Assembly: GCA_029858305.1 (NCBI GenBank)
Contig: JAOUFI010000072.1
Location: 1 to 11,714 of the forward strand
Direction: 5' to 3'
DNA: 11,714 nucleotides
Source of the DNA: Candidatus Thorarchaeota archaeon
GTDB taxonomy: Archaea; Asgardarchaeota; Thorarchaeia; Thorarchaeales; Thorarchaeaceae
The position numbers and the translations under genes were made by a program. Shown here piece by piece: positions 1 to 7,666 of this stretch. Position 1 is the stretch's first letter, and every line of letters starts with the position of its first letter. The notes beneath the pieces were generated by a model. It was not told the origin of the DNA, ran no database searches, and saw only the letters and a list, made by a program, of their open reading frames with translations.

Positions 1-1385
1 TCTGTCTGATATTCAGCTTTTAGGAGAGCGTGCAGCATGCGGATGCCAGGGTAGTCCTTCTCTCTTGCATGTTCTTCCAGTCTGTTCATCCATGATTGTG
101 GCATCTCGAAAGAAACGTCATAGTTCCCAGATTGCACCATTTTCAATTCTATCTCTGCTAGCTTTAGGAAACAGGAGTTAGTTAATGCCATTCTGTTAGT
201 AGCTATGCATAATCTCAATGCTTGGCTCAAACTCTGTGATGCTGTTTTCAAGTTTCCCTCTTTTATCTCCAGCAAACCCTGTGCAAAATCATGCAAAGGA
301 AGATAGGTGTCATCTCCTGCTTTAAAGACTATTTCACCTAGCTCATCAATAATTTTCCTAGCCTCCTCTATTTTGTTAATATGTATCAAAGCCCAAGCTA
401 TCTGCATTAATCCTTCTGCGTAACTCCTAGGAACTGATTTTGCTTCATCCAAACCCAGTTTTGACCATTCGAGGGCGTTTCTTCCTTCGCCCAATTCATT
501 GTATATGAAAGCGATATCATGAGGGATGGCTGTACTATACATTGTATCAACAATAGGACGCCCCGCTTCTCCCTTAATTGCTGCTGCATCAAAGAATGAT
601 TCCAGAGCATCGTCAAACTCACCGCGAATCCCTTGAATTAGACCGAGTCCATGCTGAACTAATGCAAACGAATTCCAGTTTCCAAGAGCCTTAAAAATGG
701 TTCTTGATTCGATTAGTAGTTCTTTTGCTGCATTTGCATCTGAATTCATTTTTGAACGAGCGATATATTGAAGAATAGATGCTTCGTGCATCTTGTCGTC
801 ATATGCTCTAGTCACTTTAAGAGCAGATTCCATTTCTTCTATGAATTTGTCCGTCTTGCCTTCTCTATCCCATATACGAGCTTCCCAGTCATGAGTGATA
901 TGCTTGAAACAATTCAGCTTTTCATCGGATTCAATTAATCTCTTCATCTCTTCCAAAACCTGGTCCTCTTCGGAAGTCCACCCTCTCTTCATAAATCCTG
1001 CAAACGCTTTTGCGTCAAGTAACTCAATAGCCATCCAACTTTTTGGGGAAATGGACATGGCTAGGTCTACGCTATTGATTACAAGGTCATAGTCCACAGT
1101 TCTATCGAGGAAGGTACGTCCTAGCAAAAGAAAAGGGTGAAATGCAGGGATTGCTTGATACTTGTAAGACATCTTTTCTAGAAACTCATGCTGTCCAAGC
1201 TCGGTTGCGAACAGTAAGGCCAGAAATGCAAGTTCTTCTTGTTTATTCGATGAACAGACTCTCTCGCTCAATGAGGATGCGAACTCCCAGAGGGTTTGGG
1301 CTTGGTTCATAAGAGAGTTCAGTTCATCACATGTAGTCTTCTCCAAGAATGGGAAATACATTGTGACTGATCCTATCGGCTTCAT
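1..1385 (-). CDS. Large helical-repeat (TPR-like) protein, 3'-truncated by the window edge (>461 aa)
   Basis: Manual translation from ATG at 1385 is open to position 1: MKPIGSVTMYFPFLEKTT...GLGLIQGIRGEFDDALESF...IAFIYNELGEGRNALEW...WMNRLEEHAREKDYPGIRMLHALLKAEYQT. It has TPR-like G-x-x-x-x-A-L repeats. It is absent from the ORF track because the stop lies outside the window. Confidence 0.85.
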   Translation of the reverse strand, partial: MKPIGSVTMYFPFLEKTTCDELNSLMNQAQTLWEFASSLSERVCSSNKQEELAFLALLFATELGQHEFLEKMSYKYQAIPAFHPFLLLGRTFLDRTVDYDLVINSVDLAMSISPKSWMAIELLDAKAFAGFMKRGWTSEEDQVLEEMKRLIESDEKLNCFKHITHDWEARIWDREGKTDKFIEEMESALKVTRAYDDKMHEASILQYIARSKMNSDANAAKELLIESRTIFKALGNWNSFALVQHGLGLIQGIRGEFDDALESFFDAAAIKGEAGRPIVDTMYSTAIPHDIAFIYNELGEGRNALEWSKLGLDEAKSVPRSYAEGLMQIAWALIHINKIEEARKIIDELGEIVFKAGDDTYLPLHDFAQGLLEIKEGNLKTASQSLSQALRLCIATNRMALTNSCFLKLAEIELKMVQSGNYDVSFEMPQSWMNRLEEHAREKDYPGIRMLHALLKAEYQT

Positions 1386-1542
1386 TGTCCTAGACCACCG
1401 AACAACGCCAGAGTACTGAAGCAATTGTTAGAAAGGAGAAGAATCTAACGGTCTTTGAAATCCAAACAATTTCCCTGAGAACTACATTCTTACAATGAAC
1501 TGTATCCTCTAATTTCGTATGATGAATAGGAGGTGAATAAGC

Positions 1543-1566
1543 TCTTTTTCTTCAAGAAAAAGAAAA
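1543..1566 (-). terminator. Probable rps19 terminator: T-rich tract within a 10-bp inverted repeat
   Basis: TCTTTTTCTT-C-AAGAAAAAGA (1543-1563) is a perfect inverted repeat. The minus strand reads TTTTCTTTTTCTT starting about 10 nt after the rps19 stop. Confidence 0.55.
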
Positions 1567-1575
1567 GCATTGTCT

Positions 1576-1986
1576 CTATTTCAGTGGTACATATGCACTA
1601 CTCTTAGTTGCACCAATTCCCGGATTTCCATGTTTCACAACTCTTGAGGTTGGCGAAAATTCTCCGAGGACATGCCCAATCATCTGAGGGATGATCTTGA
1701 TGCGCTGAAAGTCCTTACCATTATGTACAGCAATTGTGAGGTCTACCATTTCAGGGAGAATGACCATGTCACGACAGTGGGTCTTAACGACAACATCCTT
1801 TCCTTTCTTGACCTGCTTTCTAGCCGCTCGGAGATTCATCAAGAGCTTTTTCTGCCTCTGTGGAAGGCCTCTCTTGAGGGTTCTTCTCCTGCGAGTAGGG
1901 AGCAGTTCAATGAGCGAGTCCATGTTCATCTTGACTAGCTCAGAGAGGGGGTACCCACGATACATTGGTTCGCCTTTTTGTGACAT
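1576..1986 (-). CDS. rps19: 30S ribosomal protein uS19 (archaeal S19P, eukaryotic S15 type)
   Basis: Motifs [33 protein letters not shown] and C-terminal [26 protein letters not shown] at 1996-1991. Confidence 0.97.
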   Translation of the reverse strand: MSQKGEPMYRGYPLSELVKMNMDSLIELLPTRRRRTLKRGLPQRQKKLLMNLRAARKQVKKGKDVVVKTHCRDMVILPEMVDLTIAVHNGKDFQRIKIIPQMIGHVLGEFSPTSRVVKHGNPGIGATKSSAYVPLK

Positions 1987-2056
1987 GTAATCACCTGTTG
2001 TGATAAATAGGGATGGCCGTGACCACCCGAAACATCGGAAAAGCGAGAGAGTCCGA

Positions 2057-2073
2057 ATTTAAGCATTGCGTAC
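2057..2073 (-). promoter_or_regulatory. BRE-TATA promoter of rps19
   Basis: GTACGCAATGCTTAAAT on the minus strand. The same motif occurs upstream of the 4491 gene and etfB. Confidence 0.6.
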
Positions 2074-2083
2074 TGTCCATACC

Positions 2084-2647
2084 TCACTCACTAGGCTTGA
2101 CAATGGGATTGCCTTCATCATCTAGCTTACCCGCTTTTCTCATGGCAATTCTGACCCATCCCATCGATTCCTCTAGGCCTGGATCTCTCACTAGTGCAAG
2201 TCTTGCTAGTTCAATCGCTTTCTCCCATCTCTCAAGCTCGTAGTTAATCTCAGCCATGTGGGCGATTGCTAAAGCCATTCGCCCCTCGATATCAAGCGCA
2301 ATTTCAAAACTTCGTAATGCATCCTCAAGAAGACCGACATTCCTTAGAAGGACGCCCTTGTTGAAGTATGGGATAGGATCATCAGGGTTCATTGTCGCCG
2401 CAGAGTCCAACTGCTGGAGTGCCTCTATTGTTAGTGGGTCGTCTTTATCTGGCTTATCCTGAGCCTGCATCAAGGCTACTGCCAGAGTAATCTTGGCATT
2501 CTTGTTGTCTGGTCTTTTTGATAGGATATTTCTCAAAAGATCAATTGCTTCTCGAACCTGCCCTTCTGATAATTTTCTTGCTGCTAGGTCATATTCCTTA
2601 TCTCTCGAACGTCTGAACAAAGGCACTAGAAACACCAACTGACTCAC
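2084..2647 (-). CDS. Tetratricopeptide repeat protein
   Basis: Tandem TPRs (PYFNKGVLLRNVGLLEDALRSFEIALDIE; AIAHMAEINYELERWEKAIELARLALVRDP). The true start may be GTG at 2626 (MPLFRR), which has a GGTG SD-like site upstream. Confidence 0.85.
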   Translation of the reverse strand: MSQLVFLVPLFRRSRDKEYDLAARKLSEGQVREAIDLLRNILSKRPDNKNAKITLAVALMQAQDKPDKDDPLTIEALQQLDSAATMNPDDPIPYFNKGVLLRNVGLLEDALRSFEIALDIEGRMALAIAHMAEINYELERWEKAIELARLALVRDPGLEESMGWVRIAMRKAGKLDDEGNPIVKPSE

Positions 2648-2699
2648 TTCGCAATAACTCTTAAGTCATCACCTACGAGCACAAGAATGTGTGTGAAAC

Positions 2700-4067
2700 T
2701 TGACGAACCGTGAGAAACTCTTTGGCACGAATGGCGTGCGAGGAATCATAAACCAATCTATCACTGTGGATTTGGTACTCGACCTTGGAAAGGCAATTGG
2801 TTCAGTACTTGGTCCAGGACAGGTTGCTATCGCTCGCGATTCGAGAATGGGCGGCAAAATGTTTACGCAAGCAGTCATTGCTGGACTACTCTCCACAGGG
2901 TGTTCAATTATTGAAATTGGATTTGCTCCCACACCGACATTGCAGTTTTTTGTTCCACGATCAGGTTCTAGCGCAGGTGTCGTTGTGACCGCCTCTCACA
3001 ATCCTGCAGAGTTTAATGGAATCAAAGTCATAGGGAAGAATGGAATTGAGGTGTCTCGTTCAATTGAGGAGCGGATTACGGATGTCTACTATTCAAAGAA
3101 TTTCACAGTGGCGGCATGGAATGAAATCGGTTCAGTAGTTCAGGATGCGAGTGCGCTTCGCCAACACATTGAGGGAATCAAGACTCATGTTGATACTGCC
3201 GCCATCAGGAACAGGAATCTCACGGTCGTCATCGATTCAGCAAATAGTGTTGGTGCATTGATAACGCCAGAATTGATGCGAGAGCTTGGATGTAAAGTCA
3301 TCTCCTTGAACTCACAACTCGATGGATCCTTTCCTGGAAGAAGTCCTGAGCCAATTCTAGAAAATGTAACAGAGCTCTGTAAAACAGTACGGTCACTTGG
3401 TGCAGACATTGGCGTTGCTCATGATGGTGATGCTGATAGAGCTACCTTTGTTGATGAATCTGGTCGTGTGGTTTCTGGTGATCAATCCTTTGCATTGATA
3501 GCGAAAAGTATCCTCTCAAAACGTCCTGGTTCGACACTTGTTACTCCGGTTAGCAGTGGTAGATTGATAGAAGACATTGCCTCATCCGCTGGTGCAAGGA
3601 TTGAATGGACCACTGTCGGAAGTGTAGATGTGTCTCATAAGCTCGAGGAGATAGAGGGAGATCTAGGGGGTGAGGAGAATGGTGGTGTTTTCTATCCCCC
3701 GCATCAATCAGTCCGAGATGGACCTATGACTGTTGCACAGATAGTTGAAATAATGGCCATTGAGCAGAAACCACTTTCTCAACTCATTGATGAGCTACCA
3801 GAATACTATACCATCAAGACGAAGATTCCGGTTCCTACTGAGAAGATGAACCATATTCAAAAAGCCTTGTTGAAACTTACTGAAGGTCAGAAGCGCATCA
3901 CAATTGATGGAGTGAAAATCATCTCTAATGAGGGTTGGATTTTGTTGCGCCCTTCTGGGACTGAACCTTTGTATCGATGTTTCGTAGAGAGTAATTCACA
4001 AGAAACTGCTACAGTCTTAAGCGAAAGAGGAAGAATTCTGATTCAGAAAGCGATAGAAGAAGCCTAG
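2700..4067 (+). CDS. glmM: Phosphoglucosamine mutase / phosphomannomutase (alpha-D-phosphohexomutase family)
   Basis: LFGTNGVRG, catalytic TASHNP, metal-binding DGDADR, sugar-binding GEENGG and RPSGTEP; 455 aa, TTG start. Substrate specificity (GlmM vs PMM/PGM) cannot be resolved by eye. Confidence 0.9.
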   Translation: MTNREKLFGTNGVRGIINQSITVDLVLDLGKAIGSVLGPGQVAIARDSRMGGKMFTQAVIAGLLSTGCSIIEIGFAPTPTLQFFVPRSGSSAGVVVTASHNPAEFNGIKVIGKNGIEVSRSIEERITDVYYSKNFTVAAWNEIGSVVQDASALRQHIEGIKTHVDTAAIRNRNLTVVIDSANSVGALITPELMRELGCKVISLNSQLDGSFPGRSPEPILENVTELCKTVRSLGADIGVAHDGDADRATFVDESGRVVSGDQSFALIAKSILSKRPGSTLVTPVSSGRLIEDIASSAGARIEWTTVGSVDVSHKLEEIEGDLGGEENGGVFYPPHQSVRDGPMTVAQIVEIMAIEQKPLSQLIDELPEYYTIKTKIPVPTEKMNHIQKALLKLTEGQKRITIDGVKIISNEGWILLRPSGTEPLYRCFVESNSQETATVLSERGRILIQKAIEEA

Positions 4068-4104
4068 TCTCTTATGAAAACAGATTGAAATAATATTGAA
4101 ATGA

Positions 4105-4122
4105 TAGGGCCTTTCGGCCCTA
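4105..4122 (-). terminator. Hairpin between convergent genes, probable terminator
   Basis: TAGGGCC-TTTC-GGCCCTA, a 7-bp perfect stem. On the minus strand the loop is GAAA (GNRA) and T-rich sequence follows. Confidence 0.6.
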
Positions 4123-4146
4123 CTATCATTAGATGTTAAAGTGACT

Positions 4147-4491
4147 CTACTCTTCTTTCTTCTCAGCAACTTCTTCTTCATCAAAGTCGAAGTCTTCGAG
4201 TGGTTCAGGAGCTGGAGTTGTAAGCATTGTCCAACCAATCCACATCGCAATGACCATTATGAGAACAACGCCGAGATAGATTGGCAGTTGAACCAGGAAG
4301 TCTGGGCTTGGATGGAAGAGACCGCCGAGGGGAGTACCGACTCCGAAGGTAGTGTCAACCCAAGTTGCCAGATCTGGGAATATCTGGAGTATAACAAGCC
4401 CCCAAGTGTAGTACAATAGTACTAGCAGTGCGAAGATGAAGATAAGAGCACCAATTACCTTTTCTTTTCCGATTGTAATTACTCTCCTCAT
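4147..4491 (-). CDS. Small two-TM membrane protein with acidic tail; DPM2/PIG-P-like
   Basis: TM1 VIGALIFIFALLVLLYYTWGLVIL, TM2 LPIYLGVVLIMVIAMWIGWTML, then TTPAPEP and an acidic C-terminus. It has its own promoter and 3' hairpin. The CDS is secure; the DPM2 similarity is by eye. Confidence 0.8.
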   Translation of the reverse strand: MRRVITIGKEKVIGALIFIFALLVLLYYTWGLVILQIFPDLATWVDTTFGVGTPLGGLFHPSPDFLVQLPIYLGVVLIMVIAMWIGWTMLTTPAPEPLEDFDFDEEEVAEKKEE

Positions 4492-4528
4492 TGTTTAAGG
4501 AACTAAGTTGTTAACCTCTAGCGCACTC

Positions 4529-4545
4529 ATAAAAGCATTACGTAC
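4529..4545 (-). promoter_or_regulatory. BRE-TATA promoter of the 4147-4491 gene
   Basis: GTACGTAATGCTTTTAT on the minus strand, about 38 nt upstream of the ATG. Confidence 0.6.
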
Positions 4546-4683
4546 GTGAATGCATTTGTCCATTTTCATAGGAAGTGTACTAGGTGTCTATAGATTTACC
4601 ATTCAGTACTAGAATTTATATCATCTCATACAGATTTCTTCGCTTGGGAAGTAGCGGTCAATTCCAGAGTCGGAGGTTAGGAT

Positions 4684-5523
4684 TTGATTGGCAATTCACA
4701 TGATGGTACTACAAATCCTCTTGGTATTCGAGCATATGGGGTATCTGCAGCTGCAGTGAAGTACGGAATCGAATCTATTACAGGTGTCAATCCTGGACGA
4801 AATGCAGTTCATACGAAAGAAACCGGCAGGGTCTCAGTAACGCCTGAAATTTACTCAACGGTTGGTTGCTGTGATGGTTCTGGTGCAGGTGGAGGTGGAG
4901 GTGCAGACGGTGAGGGACTTCTTTGCTGTCTCCTAATCATTGCAATCTTCATGGCCGTATTTACAATAGTCTGGGCTGTGGTGATGATTGCATTCTCGAT
5001 CCTTACAGTCGGTGGTTTCCTGAAGAAACGATATCGCACATTATTCATAATTGAGAAACCGAATCGCGAGTTCATAGGCAAGATTGCACTTCATATCTTT
5101 AGGTCTGGAGGAATCCTTGAATACCCCCTTGGAAATGAAACCTATGATGAATGGATGAAACGCACATTCAGTCTCTTTGTGAGGCTCAAAATTATAAGAC
5201 AGGTCAGTTTGTTCTTTGGTTTTGGTTGGGGCTTTATCGAGGTGGCCTTCAAGGTAAATCAGATTTTGTATAATCCTGCTGACTATAACTTGTGGCCACT
5301 AAGATTTTTGATGGTCGCGATCTTCCTACCATTATTGCTATACAGTCCGGTTCTCGAGATTCAATTCAAACGATCACGTGATGTAGGTGCTGAAATCATT
5401 GAGCGTGTCCTCACTGATGAACAGACATTCGCACCAGATCATCCGATGATTTTCGAAGAAGAGCCAACAATTGTCAAACCTGTCCCAACGACGACACTCA
5501 AAGCGAAAAGAACCAAGAAATGA
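4684..5523 (+). CDS. Hypothetical membrane protein (about 3 TM segments) with a CC-(Gly-rich)-CC segment
   Basis: 279-aa ORF with TTG start, SD GGAGGT at 4672-4677 and TATA-like TTTATAT at 4615-4621. Hydrophobic segments LLCCLLIIAIFMAVFTIVWAVVMIAFSILTVGG, VSLFFGFGWGFIEVAF and FLMVAIFLPLLLYSPVL. Confidence 0.8.
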   Translation: MIGNSHDGTTNPLGIRAYGVSAAAVKYGIESITGVNPGRNAVHTKETGRVSVTPEIYSTVGCCDGSGAGGGGGADGEGLLCCLLIIAIFMAVFTIVWAVVMIAFSILTVGGFLKKRYRTLFIIEKPNREFIGKIALHIFRSGGILEYPLGNETYDEWMKRTFSLFVRLKIIRQVSLFFGFGWGFIEVAFKVNQILYNPADYNLWPLRFLMVAIFLPLLLYSPVLEIQFKRSRDVGAEIIERVLTDEQTFAPDHPMIFEEEPTIVKPVPTTTLKAKRTKK

Positions 5524-5539
5524 AGTTACACAATTCCCC

Positions 5540-5556
5540 GTACGAATTGCTTATAA
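5540..5556 (+). promoter_or_regulatory. BRE-TATA promoter of etfBA
   Basis: GTACGAATTGCTTATAA about 52 nt upstream of the etfB start. SD GAGGT at 5598-5602. Confidence 0.6.
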
Positions 5557-5608
5557 TGGGGCCGCACTCAGAATTTTCTACTCTACTACCTAAATCTGAG
5601 GTCTAACA

Positions 5609-6400
5609 TTGGTCAAAATAGTCGTTCCCGTCAAGCAGGTGCCTGAGGTCACTGAGGTTCGAATGAATGAAGAAACAGGTACACTGATTCGTGACGGTGT
5701 TCCAAGCATATTGAATCCATTCGACGAATTAGCTGTCGAGGCTGCGATCCAACTAAAAGAGAAACACGGTGGTGAGGTGACCATTATAACAATGGGTCCA
5801 CCACAGGCAAAGGACGCCCTCCTCAAAGCACTAGCCATGGGCGGCGATAGGGCTGTTCACTTGACTGATAGAGCCTTTGCTGGTGCTGACACATGGGCAA
5901 CAGCACTCACCTTGGCCGAATACATCCGTAAGGAAGAATTCGATATAGTCATCTGTGGAAAACAAGCAATTGATGGAGATACAGCTCAGGTTGGTCCAGA
6001 GCTTGCTGAGCTTCTTGGCGTTCCTCAGATCTGCTATGTACAGAAACTTGCGCTGAGCGAGGACGGAAAACAAGTGATTGCTCAAAGGGGGACTGATGAG
6101 GGGCATGAGGTCGTGAAGGCAAAGCTCCCTGTCCTGCTAACTGCAACTAAGGGTCTCAATGAGCCAAGGCTCCCAAACATCATGGGGATCATGAAGGCAA
6201 AGCAGAAACCCTTTGTTGAAGTGAATATTGAGAAGCTTGGCACTGATCCTAGCCGGCTCGGTCTGAAGGGCTCGCCAACACAGGTTCGCAAAGTATTCGC
6301 TCCTGAAAAGAAGAAGGGCGGGATAAAGATTGATGCAGACAATCCGGCAGCAGCTGCGAAGCAGCTTGTGGAGTTCCTCACAAAGAAGGGGGCGATCTAG
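5609..6400 (+). CDS. etfB: Electron transfer flavoprotein beta subunit (EtfB/FixA)
   Basis: KIVVPVKQVP, LNPFDELAVEAA, TMGPPQA, FAGADTWAT, GKQAIDGDTAQVGP, NEPRLP and GLKGSPTQV. Confidence 0.96.
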   Translation: MVKIVVPVKQVPEVTEVRMNEETGTLIRDGVPSILNPFDELAVEAAIQLKEKHGGEVTIITMGPPQAKDALLKALAMGGDRAVHLTDRAFAGADTWATALTLAEYIRKEEFDIVICGKQAIDGDTAQVGPELAELLGVPQICYVQKLALSEDGKQVIAQRGTDEGHEVVKAKLPVLLTATKGLNEPRLPNIMGIMKAKQKPFVEVNIEKLGTDPSRLGLKGSPTQVRKVFAPEKKKGGIKIDADNPAAAAKQLVEFLTKKGAI

Positions 6401-6402
6401 GA

Positions 6403-7602
6403 ATGGGCTTGATCTATGATAGAGATACTTGCACGGGATGCATGCTCTGCCCTAAGGCGTGTAACTTTGGAGCTATCGAGAAAGACGGTGACAAAGTAAA
6501 GTTCGATCTCGACAAGTGTGTCCTCTGCGGATCGTGTGAGGAAGTGTGCCCTGTAGATGCCATCAAGATTGAGAGGAAGAAGGTGGATGCTAATGAAATC
6601 GCTCAATACAAGAATGTCTTCGTGTTCTGTGAAACCCATGAAGGACGACTGAGAAGCGTCGCCCTTGAACTCGTCACAAAGGGAAGAGAGCTTGCTGACA
6701 AGTTGGGTGAGAAACTTGTAGCCATACTTATTGGCAATGATATTGAAGAGCATGCGCAGACCCTCATTTATCATGGTGCAGACCATGTACTTGTTGTTGA
6801 AGGAAAGATATTCACAGACTACACGACTGATGCGTACACCATAGCCATGACCTCACTCATCGCACCCAGAAAGCCAGCCATTGTCCTCTATGGTGCGACG
6901 AATAATGGTCGTGACCTGGCTCCTCGTATTGCAGCACGGCTTGCACTCGGTCTCACTGCTGACTGTACTGGCCTTGAGATTGATGAGGCACGCCAGCTCG
7001 TTCAAACAAGGCCTGCCTTTGGTGGTAATATCATGGCTGAGATTATCTCGCCCTATACTCGACCTCAAATGGCTACAGTCCGTCCGAATGTTTTCAAACC
7101 CGGAGAGCCAGACACATCGCGAAAGGGAGAGATAGAGAAGGTCAATATCGAAGTAAGCCCTATTCAGGTTCGAACACGAGTGACCGAGAAGGTCAGCGAG
7201 ATTGTTGAGGGGATGAAGTCGGTCGAAGAGGCTGACATCATTGTCTGCAGTGGAAGAGGTATCAAGGACCCCGCGAATCTTGAACTGCCGAAACAACTCG
7301 CTAAACTGCTCGATGCTGCCATTGGTGGCTCACGGCCCATTGTCGATATGGGTTGGCTTCCTCCAACTCAACAGGTCGGGCAATCAGGCCGAACCGTATG
7401 TCCAAAGCTCTATTTTGCACTTGGGATATCTGGAGCTATCCAGCATCAGATCGGAATGTCCTCATCGGACATAATTGTAGCCATAAACAAGGACCCCGAG
7501 GCTCCAATTTTCAGTATCGCAGACTTTGGAATTGTTGGAGACCTGTTTACGGTCTTACCTGAAGTCATTGCAGAAGTTAAACGAGTATTAGATTCACGAT
7601 AG
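6403..7602 (+). CDS. etfA: Electron transfer flavoprotein alpha subunit (EtfA/FixB) with N-terminal 2x[4Fe-4S] ferredoxin domain
   Basis: N-terminal CTGCMLCPKAC and CVLCGSCEEVCP. Then GRDLAPRIAA, GLTADCT, RPAFGGN, QVGQSG, GISGAIQH and [11 protein letters not shown]. Starts 2 nt after the etfB stop. Confidence 0.96.
   Translation: MGLIYDRDTCTGCMLCPKACNFGAIEKDGDKVKFDLDKCVLCGSCEEVCPVDAIKIERKKVDANEIAQYKNVFVFCETHEGRLRSVALELVTKGRELADKLGEKLVAILIGNDIEEHAQTLIYHGADHVLVVEGKIFTDYTTDAYTIAMTSLIAPRKPAIVLYGATNNGRDLAPRIAARLALGLTADCTGLEIDEARQLVQTRPAFGGNIMAEIISPYTRPQMATVRPNVFKPGEPDTSRKGEIEKVNIEVSPIQVRTRVTEKVSEIVEGMKSVEEADIIVCSGRGIKDPANLELPKQLAKLLDAAIGGSRPIVDMGWLPPTQQVGQSGRTVCPKLYFALGISGAIQHQIGMSSSDIIVAINKDPEAPIFSIADFGIVGDLFTVLPEVIAEVKRVLDSR
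7478..7602 (+). repeat. Direct repeat copy 1 (3' end of etfA)
   Basis: Aligns without gaps to 9242-9366; 22 mismatches in 125 nt (about 82% identity) by manual count. Confidence 0.95.
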
Positions 7603-7611
7603 TCTGTTGAA

Positions 7612-7636
7612 TTGCCCGGTTCTTCGGACCGGGCAA
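7612..7636 (+). terminator. GC-rich hairpin after etfA, possibly a bidirectional terminator
   Basis: TTGCCCGGT-TCTTCGG-ACCGGGCAA, a 9-bp perfect stem that can close a cUUCGg tetraloop. It lies between convergent stops at 7602 and 7667. Confidence 0.65.
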
Positions 7637-7666
7637 ACTATCCTCTTTTACAAGAAATGAATCGAC

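Noticed and set aside
1529-1536. Perfect SD-like GGAGGTGA on the + strand
   Set aside because: No start codon or ORF follows at a suitable distance.
407-7562. Short alternative-frame and antisense ORFs (e.g. 407-622, 895-1092, 1672-1938, 2669-2932, 4141-4419, 6397-6786, 6853-7296)
   Set aside because: They overlap well-supported genes and have no recognisable motifs; they are shadow ORFs.
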